DNA of 58,566 bases from Octopus bimaculoides. Lineage: Eukaryota. Below, in pieces: positions 11,822 through 21,735 of this stretch; position 1 is the stretch's first letter, and each line of letters starts with the position of its first letter. A model generated the notes under the pieces. It was not told the DNA's origin and made no database searches. It worked only from the letters and a program-made list of their open reading frames with translations. The stretch covers positions 71,842,577-71,901,142 of the forward strand of contig NC_068991.1 of NCBI RefSeq assembly GCF_001194135.2, written 5' to 3'. The position numbers and the translations under genes are program-made.

Positions 11822-11879
11822 CTTCGATGCAGAAGCTACCCATGGCTTTGAATAAATCATGAACGTCGCGTTTCTCTTC
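11822..11879 (-). CDS. Candidate 58-nt exon (EEKRDVHDLFKAMGSFCIE; or an ATG-containing exon MGSFCIE with Kozak AAAGCCATGG)
   Basis: Acceptor tatttatttccaag and consensus donor AAG|gtgagt, in unique sequence with an open frame. Confidence 0.45.
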
Positions 11880-11915
11880 CTTGGAAATAAATATGTCGTA
11901 CTACTTTTATACTCG

Positions 11916-12141
11916 TGGCATTCCGTCGGTTGCGACGACGAGGGTTCCAGTTGATCCGATCAACGGAACAGCCCGCTCGTGAAATTAACGTGCAAGTGGC
12001 TGAGCACTCCACAGACACGTGTACCCTTAACGTAGTTCTCGGGAGAGATTCAGCGTGACAAGGCTGGCGCTTTGAAATACATCAGAAACAGGAAGAAAGA
12101 GTGAGAGAAAGTTGTGGCGAAAGAGTACAGCAGGGTTCGCC
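11916..12141 (-). mobile_element. Family B SINE, 5'-truncated
   Basis: Tail and body match 8209-8460. Confidence 0.75.
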
Positions 12142-13289
12142 ACACACGCAAAACACGCACGCACGTACAAACACACACACACGCACATTAAACGGGAGAA
12201 AGAAGTTATTGGGTGCATTTGTATGTGAACATATGTTATCTACATTTAGTTGCATAGGAAAATGGATGTGCCTGTATAAAGGCACTGTATAATGGAATTG
12301 CTTATATAAATGTGTGTGTGTGTACAGCCGTTTGCGTGGCCGAATGGTTACCGTGGTCGCTTTGTAATCGTGAGATTCGTGTTCGAAAGAATACACAGCA
12401 TGACACACTTTGGTAAATATCGTCTACCATAGCCTCGAGTCTCAACCCTTCCGAAAGAAATTAGGTAGATGAAGAGTATGAAAGCCTTTCACTTCAGATG
12501 AAATTGTATCCCCAAATTCAATGTACAACCTTGATACACTGTCTCACGCTGATTCCGCCAAACAGTTACGTTAAGTGTGGAAACCTGACCACTTAGACAC
12601 CAATTCAATGAATAGACAACGATGGACAACTCGTCGTCGAAACCGACGAAGGATCCAGTTACAACTTCGTTGTCATCGTTGTTTAGTTCCAGGCTAGTCC
12701 GATTCAGTAAACCTATGACTCGCAAACAAACCCTTCCAGCCGTGATCATCACATCTTTTAGAATATCTAGGACTACATTATCTAATGTGTTCTCCCTTTG
12801 AATATTTTGGCTGCTATTTCTAGGTGGTATCGGACGACCACATGACAGGCGCTCTCGTTATTGTATTGTGTTATGGTTGTTAACCACAATGACGAGATAG
12901 AAAGAGACAAGCTACAAACCCTCTCTTTCTCTTCTTCCTTCCCTCTCTCTTTTATTCCATCCACCCTCTCATACATATGCTCCCCCCCCCATTTCTCTCT
13001 CTCTCATACACACGCGCGCACGCTCACATCTATCAGGCAGTCAAGGCTCACATTTTTCGCATCACAATAACCATTTGTCTGCACATTGTTTTGAAAAGGT
13101 CCTCTCAGAAATATGAGACAGGAATTGATTGAGACATAAAACTTAGTAATGTATGCTAGCTTACTCACATTTCACTGTTGGTTCAAACACATGAGCCAAA
13201 GCACGCATACATACATACATACATACATACAATATATGTTTTTATGTAAAGTTTAAAAAAATATAAACAATTTAGACTTAAACTGTAAT

Positions 13290-13490
13290 TTTTTTTTTTT
13301 ACTTGTTTCAATCATTTGACTGTGGGTATGCTGGAGCACCGCCTTTAGTCGAACAAATCGACCCCAGGACTTATTCTTTATAAGCTTAGTACTTATTCTA
13401 TCGTCCCTTTTGCCGAACCGCTAAGTAACGGGGATGTAAACACACTAACATCGTTTGTCAAGCGATGGTGGGGTGGGGACAAACACACAC

Positions 13491-13536
<46 letters not shown>

Positions 13537-13690
13537 GACGGGCTTCTTTCAGTTTCCGTCTACCAAATCCACTCACAAGGCTTTGGTCGGTCCGAGGCTA
13601 TAGTAGAAGATACTTGCCCAAGATACCACGCAGTGGGACTGAACCCAGAACCATGTGGTTAGGAAGCAAGCTTCTTACCGCACAGCCACG
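13290..13690 (-). mobile_element. Full-length family A SINE (CpG-retaining)
   Basis: Minus-strand match to family A. Confidence 0.85.
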
Positions 13691-13814
13691 TTTGTTTTTA
13701 TGTAAAGTTAGAAGATATATACAATTTAGAATTATACTGTAGAATTACTCAATAATTTTAAAAAGAGTACGGTGACGTTTCGGCTCGCTTGCCTTCGTTG
13801 GCCTGACAAGGTAT

Positions 13815-14110
13815 TCCTCCGGTTACAACAACGAGGGCCCCAGTTGAAGGCCGAGCACTTCACAGATAATCGTACCATTATCGTGGTTCCTAGGGAGATT
13901 CAACGCGACGAACAATATGAGAAGGATGGCCCTTTTTTGTAATACAGGTACTACTCATTTTTACCAGTTGGACTGGAGCAACGTGAAATAAAAAAGAAAA
14001 AAAAAGTGTCGTGCATATAAGGACACAATGCATCTCTGGGAATGGAACTCTCGACCTTAACTCGATCGAGAACCGAATACCTTAACCACGAAGCTACGCG
14101 CCTTCACTGT
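13815..14110 (-). mobile_element. Hybrid SINE: family D head and body with a family B (RTE-like) tail
   Basis: Head GAAGGCGCGTAGCTTCGTGGTTAAGG.. and TTCACGTTGCTCCAGTCC as at 18378; tail ..GGCCATCC..CTCCCTAGGAAC..GTGCTC as in family B. Confidence 0.6.
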
Positions 14111-14189
14111 TGGACTGTATGTATCTGTGTAGTTTAATAAATGAGTGACAAAAGAACAGGTGTTACGCAATCATCTTCCTTAAGCTTAC

Positions 14190-14224
14190 GTCTGTTTGGA
14201 TAGGTACTTGCCAGTGTGACATAG
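14190..14224 (-). CDS. Candidate 35-nt exon containing an ATG (MSHWQVPIQTD)
   Basis: Acceptor gactttgctgtag, donor GAC|gtaagc. A phase-0 end fits the 11879 exon. Could be chance. Confidence 0.25.
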
Positions 14225-14400
14225 CTACAGCAAAGTCTGGTGTGTGTGTGTGTGTGTGTGTACATCGTATTTTAACGTGGGTATTAAAATTTGGGAAAAA
14301 GGTTTTGTAAGGGATTATGGTACTATCCATGTATAAGAAACTCCCATATCTTTTAACCTAATTTTTGACAAAAAAGGGTTCCTTTTACATGTTAAAAGAC

Positions 14401-14476
<76 letters not shown>

Positions 14477-14799
14477 TATACACAGGTGTTGGCATTTGTG
14501 AACAATGTTTCACCCCCACCAAATATCCCTCTACAAAGCATGAAATGACGATCGTAGTTTATATACACAACGACTCTGAAATGTTTCTAAGTACATTTTC
14601 CTGACTGACATTACTAACCAGCTGGTATTTAAGACCAGACCCATGATTGAATATAGTGTTCCAAAATTTCCATCAACTGAACTTGTAAGAGTTATCTTTC
14701 TTGCTTTTTGTTTTCAGACTTTTAAGCAACCCCCCTCCTGGAGAATTTTGTCTACGAATTGCATAGATAATCTCAGATCTTTCTTTTAACCTTTTTTTT

Positions 14800-15160
14800 T
14801 GTTTCAGTAACTGAACTGCGGTCATGCTGGGGCACCACCTTAAAGGATTTAATCGTACAAATTGACCCTAACACTTGCTTTTAAAATAAATATTTAAAAA
14901 ATTTTTTAAGCCCGTTTCTTATTCTATCCATCTGTTTTGCCGAACTGCTAGCTTACGATGACGTATAACGTACACAAAAACCAATACGGTTGTCAAGCGG
15001 GCAAACACACTAACATATACATACGGGCTTCTTTCAGTTTCCGTCTATCAAATTCACTCACAAGTCTTTGATCAGCGGGAGGCTATAGTAGAAGATACTT
15101 GCACAAGCTGCCACGCTGTGGGACTGAACCCGAAGCCATGTAGTTAGGAAACAAACTGTG
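14800..15160 (-). mobile_element. Family A SINE (diverged)
   Basis: Minus-strand match to family A. Confidence 0.7.
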
Positions 15161-15233
15161 CAGCTGACTCAGAAGTCCTGTAGTGGAATCGTAGTTTCTG
15201 TTTTGCTTGCATAATAAAGCTTTTATACTATTC

Positions 15234-15670
15234 ATAAAGTTGTAGTATATTGTCAACTTAATGTGACAATCCCAATAAGGGAACACACTACTGCCGTTTA
15301 GCCCTAGGAAGCTGGACCGCTTCCTGTCGGCCTTGACACAATTACTGTGTCCTTAAGTTTGCGAGGGGGAGACAAGCTCCTCCACCCAGCCTAGCCAGCA
15401 TTCAGGGACATATAAGTTTGCGAAGGCGAGACAGGCTTCTCTATCCAGCTGGCAAGCTACTTCAGGCTGATGACGAGCAAAGACTCAGAAACATGTCCCT
15501 GAATGCTGGCTAGGCTGGGTGGAGGAGCTTGTCTCCCCCTCGCAAACTTAAGGACACAGTAATTGTGTCAAGGCCGACAGGAAGCGGTCAAGCTTCCTAG
15601 GGCTAAACGGCAGTAGTGTGTTCCCTTATTGGGATTGTCACATTAAGTTGACAATATACTACAACTTTAT
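15234..15670. repeat. 178-bp near-perfect inverted repeat (15234-15411 / 15493-15670) with an 81-bp spacer; probable Penelope-like pLTR foldback
   Basis: The arms are reverse complements with one mismatch (gctGgacc vs gctTgacc), and the spacer carries a hammerhead core. Confidence 0.9.
15461..15503 (+). ncRNA. Minimal type I hammerhead ribozyme motif
   Basis: TTCAGG (stem I) CTGATGA C GAG-caaaga-CTC A GAAAC AT GTC|CCTGAA (stem I). Predicted cleavage after C15497; palindromic ACATGT at stem III. Confidence 0.7.
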
Positions 15671-15859
15671 CGCTCCACTACTGCTTAAATCTCTGAGAGA
15701 TTTAGAAATATTATATTTCTAACTATTCATAATGTTTTAATTTTAATTACATAAACTGAAAAATGACCAAACCAGTACGCACGGAACGGTCACTATTTTT
15801 CGTATATATTTGATAGTAGGTAAATAGGTAAACTAGCACAGATAGAACGAAAACAATAA

Positions 15860-16270
15860 GAGACGGACAGTTGGACAACTTGAGAGGTTACAACAGGTAA
15901 AACAAAAATTTAAAAAGTGGCTGATAAGATGTAAGCACATACACAATTAACAGAAAAAGTTGTGCACAGTAAATTGTACGATGAAAAATGGAAAAGAAGT
16001 AAACAGACGTTTCAGGTAAACCTTTATCCAAGACAGAGTAAGGACAAGGAAAAAGAAATAATACCTGTTTAAAATAAGTGTTATTTTCGGCTACATTAGT
16101 CCAAAATATCAAATATTTATGTGTGTATATATAGTTGAAATTTATAGAAAAACTAAAGACGCCGACAGGTGTATGAACAACGAGCAGGTGTATTAATTTG
16201 ACGCTCGGGGAAAAATGGAAAAGTCTTTTAAGTTTCGAGCCTACGCTCTTCAACAGAAAGGAGTAAGAGG

Positions 16271-16275
<5 letters not shown>
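15860..16275 (-). mobile_element. Penelope-like terminal fragments with decayed hammerhead-like motifs (about 16000-16040 and 16224-16261)
   Basis: Minus strand AGG-ttta-CCT GAAAC GTC, and CCTTT CTGTTGA A GAGC-gtag-GCTC GAAAC TTA AAAGA. The second belongs to the same family as 35575-35740. Confidence 0.5.
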
Positions 16276-16294
<19 letters not shown>

Positions 16295-16304
<10 letters not shown>

Positions 16305-16470
16305 GATGGGCTTCTTTCAGTTTCCGTCTACCAAATCCACTCACAAGGGTTTGGTCAGCCCGAGGCTATAGTAGAAGACACTTGCCCAAGGTGCCACGCA
16401 GTCGAACTGAACCCGGAACCATGTGGTTGAGAAAAGCAAGCTTCTTACAACACAGCCACGCCTGCGCCTA
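16295..16470 (-). mobile_element. Family A SINE 5' half (CpG-retaining)
   Basis: Minus-strand match to the family A head and body. Confidence 0.8.
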
Positions 16471-16474
16471 CCCA

Positions 16475-16509
<35 letters not shown>

Positions 16510-17029
16510 GGAGGGAGAAAAAAAGAAACAAACGGAATATATATATGCCCGCGCGCGCACACACATTAAACAAGTGTGTGTGTTGAAAGATTTTTCGCTA
16601 CGTGCAATACATGAGGCGGACGATTGAGCCATGTCAAAAAAGATTTTTTTCCTTTTTGTAATTACATGTATGATCTCAGACAACGATAATCTATGAGTAG
16701 GAACAGAGTGAATCATTGGTCATTGGATCTGAACATATGAATAAAGCATTCGACATATGTTGTGTACTTTTTCTGCAACTCGGATTTCGCCAATGTTGAG
16801 AAACGACGAAGAGAAGCTTCAGCTCTCGTGTACGCTCTCTTAATCGGGGTCCATGTAAGTTTTTGTCGTTAAAATACGTGTGCAATAAATTGGTGATACT
16901 TCTTCAATGCACAAAATATTTTAAACAGGAATCAACGGGTTTCGTAGATAAAAAAAAAATGGTTAGGAACCACTGCTCTATGTATTGAGGAGTTTGCACT
17001 GCGCAGTTAGTTACAATAATGTGTTCCTT

Positions 17030-17450
17030 AAGGTGGCGAGCTGGCAGAAACGTTAGTGCGCCGGGCGAAGTGCTTAGCGTATTTCGTCTGCCGCTACGTT
17101 CTGAGTTCAAATTCCGCCGAGGTTGACTTTGCCTTTCATCCTTTCGGGGTTGATTAAATAAGTACCAGTTACGCACTGGGGTCGATATAATCGACTTAAT
17201 CCGTTTGTCTGTCCTTGTTTGTCTCCTCTGGGCAGTAAAGAAATAAGAAACGTTAGCACACGCCGGACGAAATGCTTAGCGGTATTTCGTCTGTCTTTAC
17301 GCTCCGAATTCAAATTCCGCCGAGGTCAACTTTGCCTTTCTTCCTTTCGGGGTTCGATAAATTAACTACCAGTTGCTTACTTGGGTCAATCTAATCGACT
17401 GGCCCCTTCCCCCAAAATTTCCGACCTTGTGCCTAGACCAGAAAAGAATA
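17030..17450 (+). mobile_element. Dimeric family C (Meta-domain) SINE
   Basis: Two head+Meta units joined by ..GTTTGTCTGTCCTTGTTTGTC..AAAGAAATAAGAAACGTTAGC. The same junction occurs at 52525-52970. Confidence 0.8.
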
Positions 17451-18377
17451 TGTGTTCCTTAAAATGCCTTAGCCATCTGCGACTACAGATGGCTAAGGCA
17501 TGACCTCATGGTGGTTCAGGACAGGGATATTAAAGATAGCATTAAGATGGGCAAGACCTTAGAAAGCGATAGAACATCAAGCATAGAACAGTTGAATGGG
17601 GATAATGACCTTTATGGGGGTAGCAAGGCTTTGAGAGTGGCAATGACTACTGATTAGTGTCCTCCGCCAACGTTTCTTCAGAACTTTGTTGAAAATGCAT
17701 AGATATAGGATTACGATTATGTCGATATGTTTTTGACTTTAAAAAGTATTCAATATTTAGAACACATTCAGTAAGAGAATAAATACTATCTGTCGTAAAC
17801 TCAGAGTATTTTTATCGTGTCTCTCAATTTCATACTCATAATGTATACTAATCACTCAGGATAATGTCGTAGATGTGTGTGTGTATGCAAAGCTCCATGA
17901 GTAAATTAATGAATGGATTAAAAGATATGAACCTTCTTTTCTTTCAGTCATTTTTTAAAAAACTCAATGGTCATTAGTCTATCCGTAGTCTACAACTTCA
18001 TTTAAAAATATATATTATTTAAAAAGCTATGAAGAAACAAAGTTGCACATGGACATCAAAGTGTCGTGCTGCCCAGAGTTTTTAGCAAAGACCGGTCTCA
18101 ATGGCATCAAATCGCCGAAGCCTTACCAACTGGAAAGAAGACTTTCCGTTCGTAAATTTACACACACTCACACATATTATGAGTGACATAATGGATCTTT
18201 CCACAAGTTGCCTCAAGAGCCACGTTATCTTGGTAGTAATGGTTGTATTACAATAGCAGAATATTCAGCCAGTATTTAAAGATATTGTACTCTGCAAATT
18301 AGGATTGCAACTTGTCCATATACATACACACACACACACACATATATGTATGTATGTATGTGTGTGTGTGTGTGTGT

Positions 18378-18625
18378 GAAGGCGCGTGGCTTAGTGGGTA
18401 GGGTGTCAGCATCATGATCGTAAGATTGTGATTTCGATTCCTGGATCGGGCGGCGCGTTGTATTCTTGAGCAAAACACTTCATTTCACGTTGCTCCAGTC
18501 CACTCAGCTGGCAAAAATGAGTAATACTGTGATGGACTGGCGTCCCGTCCAGCTGGGGAATACATACGCCATTGATACCGGGAAACCGGGCCCATGAGCC
18601 TGGCTAGGCTTTAAAAGGGCGTATT
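18378..18625 (+). mobile_element. tRNA-SINE with a V-domain-like body (family D)
   Basis: GAAGGCGCGTGGCTTAGTGG A-box, GATTTCGATTCC B-box-like, then CTTGAGCAAAACACTT..GTGATGGACTGGCGTCCCGTCCAG. Confidence 0.7.
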
Positions 18626-19201
18626 TATGATATATATATATATATGTGTGTGTGTTTGTGTGTTTGTGCATGTATGTATGTATGTTATGGAAGCTAAGTC
18701 ATTTCAGCTTCAATAAAATAATTTTTGCTCCACCTTTGGTATTCGAATACTATTTTCCCCACCTTGTTTTGCACCTATGTGCTTATGTATGCGTGTGTAT
18801 ATGTGAGTGTGTGTATGTGTGTGTGTATCCCTCAAGTAACGATAGAGTTACGTTTACAATTTGATGCCCTCCACGATATCTGCACTTAAGGCGAAGAATG
18901 AAAGACTTATATGACAAGTTATCATTAGCAGAGAAGATCAAACTAAGCCAAAATCATTACCTGACAGCCAACCAGACAGACAATAGAAAATGGCAACGTG
19001 AGAGAGAGAGACTCGTACGATTAATCTATATAACAAATCTATTAAATCCAATATATGCAAATAGAATTCATTTATAGACTAGAGCTATGTTGATTATGTA
19101 TGTACACACATACATACATACGTAGACATACTTATATAAACACATACACAGACGACAGGCACAAATGTATGTATCTATATATGTGTCTATATATGTATGT
19201 A

Positions 19202-19251
<50 letters not shown>

Positions 19252-19484
19252 CTCGTACGTACGTATCGATAAAGAACAGAACAAATAAACATTTCGTTGT
19301 AATCTATTTTTGTTCAACGAATAACCCCGTCCCTTATCCTAAAAATACGATGGTTTTATTTCTGTATTTAGTTTCTTTTCACCATGTAATGATGAAGTGA
19401 TGAAGATGATGGTGATCGATTGAGGGAGGGGGCGGCGGAAATCGAAGTGTTATGTTAAATTTAGAAATAAATTAATTCACTTAC

Positions 19485-20200
19485 CTAATGAGATATCGAT
19501 TCCAATGCTTTTATGCCGATTTTTTTTTATATATATTTCCAAGTGTATTTATCTTCACCAATTATCGAACGTCTGGTAAAATATAATAATGGTGGTTGTT
19601 TGGGCTTTCTCTTGAGGTAGTCATTCATTCAGCAGACGATTATTTGTCAGTTTTTTAGGGTCAAAACAGCTTTTGTTGTTATTTTTTCCTCTTTCGTATA
19701 AAAATAAATGCTTAGATGTATAATTGTTAATGATTTCCCTCCTTTATTTGTAGAGTTATTTTCTTCAATTCAGTATACTATGGGAGAGGGAAAAAATTAC
19801 ATGTTTTATTTCGTTTGAACATTTCGTTTTGGACATGGCTGGCTAATTTACATATTTTTTAATGATTTTTTTCCCCCACAAAACGTTTATTTCTCTCTCT
19901 GTCTCATTTCATTTGGTTACAATTATACATTTTGAGCGAAATCGTGGATGAAAATAACGATTCACCTCTCCACCTTGGTTCGACTAATGACCATTTTCGT
20001 TTCTAACTTATTGACTTATTTTTTAAAAATATTTGTTACTCATATTGTTTTTTTAGAATAATAATATGTACACATCATTACTTGTTCAAATAACTTAAAG
20101 GGATTTCATAATATTCAGTTTGTATCTTTCTATTCACGACGTGGTGGTCGGCAGCCATCATTATTAATATAACATAATTTACTGCACAAACAGATTCTTC
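19485..20200 (-). other. Candidate non-coding first exon (5' UTR) of a minus-strand gene; 5' end approximate
   Basis: Consensus donor ATTAG|GTAAGT at 19485/19484, repeat-free A-rich UTR-like sequence, and a YY1-like ATGGCTGCC motif near 20148-20156. Confidence 0.4.
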
Positions 20201-20480
20201 TAGCAAGAAGAACACTCGTGACACTCGGCGTCCTTCAGACGAAGACGCTATCCTAAGCCAAAGAATTCTCAAAGCAGTGCCCACTTTCAACAAGACTAAC
20301 AATGACTGTTTTGAGTGTTAATTCAAAGTCATAAAAGCCATTATATATAAATTTCTGTTGATTCACAGAGAAGCGATAAATTTCGAAACCCCATTCGTAA
20401 TATAGAGTATTCTTTAATGAATTATAACTGAAAGCTCGTAATTCCAGAATTCCTCGTTCACGTTTCCGAATATATATATT
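20130..20480. promoter_or_regulatory. CpG-retaining unique patch at the edge of the CpG-depleted domain; candidate (possibly bidirectional) promoter
   Basis: Repeat-free and CpG-rich relative to its right flank. SINE CpG decay starts immediately to the right. Confidence 0.35.
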
Positions 20481-20504
20481 ATATAGCATTTTTGCTTATA
20501 TATT

Positions 20505-21735
20505 CTTTTACTTGTTTCAGTCATTTGTCTACGGCCATGCTGGAGCACCGCCTTTAGTCGAACAAATCGACCTAAGGACTTATTCTTCGTAAGCCTAGTA
20601 CTTATTCTATCGGGGTTTTTTGAAGAACCGCTAAGTTACGTGAACGTAAACACACCAGCATCGGTTGTCAAGCGATGGTGGAGGACAGACACACAAACAC
20701 ACACATATATACATACGACGGGCTTCTTTCAGTTTCTATCTACCAAATCCACTCACAAGGCTTTGGNNNNNNNNNNNNNNNNNNNNNNNNNNNNNNNNNN
20801 NNNNNNNNNNNNNNNNNNNNNNNNNNNNNNNNNNNNNNNNNNNNNNNNNNNNNNNNNNNNNNNNNNNNNNNNNNNNNNNNNNNNNNNNNNNNNNNNNNNN
20901 NNNNNNNNNNNNNNNNNNNNNNNNNNNNNNNNNNNNNNNNNNNNNNNNNNNNNNNNNNNNNNNNNNNNNNNNNNNNNNNNNNNNNNNNNNNNNNNNNNNN
21001 NNNNNNNNNNNNNNNNNNNNNNNNNNNNNNNNNNNNNNNNNNNNNNNNNNNNNNNNNNNNNNNNNNNNNNNNNNNNNNNNNNNNNNNNNNNNNNNNNNNN
21101 NNNNNNNNNNNNNNNNNNNNNNNNNNNNNNNNNNNNNNNNNNNNNNNNNNNNNNNNNNNNNNNNNNNNNNNNNNNNNNNNNNNNNNNNNNNNNNNNNNNN
21201 NNNNNNNNNNNNNNNNNNNNNNNNNNNNCATCGACTCCAGTGTGTAACTGGTACTTAATTTATCGACCCCGAAAGGATGAAAGGCAAAGTCGACCTTGGT
21301 GGAATTTGAACTCAGAACGTAACGCCAGATGAAATACTGCTAAGCATTTCGCCCGGCGTGCTAACGTTTCTGCTCCCTGTAGAAAATCTAGCTCCAAAAA
21401 AGCCTCATGATAGCAAGGGAGAATGAGCACCAGCCAGCCCAAAGGTTGGGGTGGGCTGCACCTGCCTACCTTGGTTGCAATGGCATTGAGGTAGATCTGG
21501 CCACCCCTGTTAACGAGGACAAAACCTGGATTTAAAACACTGGATGATGATGATGATGATGATGATATATATACAACAGGCTTCATTCAGTTTCTGTCTA
21601 CCAAATCCACTCACAAGGCTTTGGTCGGCCCGAGGCTGTAGTAGAAGACACTTGACCAAGGTGCCATGCAGTGGGACTGAACCTGGAACCATGTGGTTTG
21701 GGATGCAAGCTTCTTACCACACAGCTACTCCTGTT
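20505..21735 (-). mobile_element. Family A (20505-20766, 21570-21735) and family C (21230-21375) SINE copies around a gap
   Basis: Minus-strand matches. The 21570 copy shows CpG>TpG/CpA decay. Confidence 0.75.

Noticed and set aside
12480-12760. Unique CpG-rich patch with peptide IDNDGQLVVETDEGSSYNFVVI (faintly like a biotin-ligase C-terminus or a cadherin repeat)
   Set aside because: It is bounded by in-frame stops, lacks convincing splice sites, and the match is too short.
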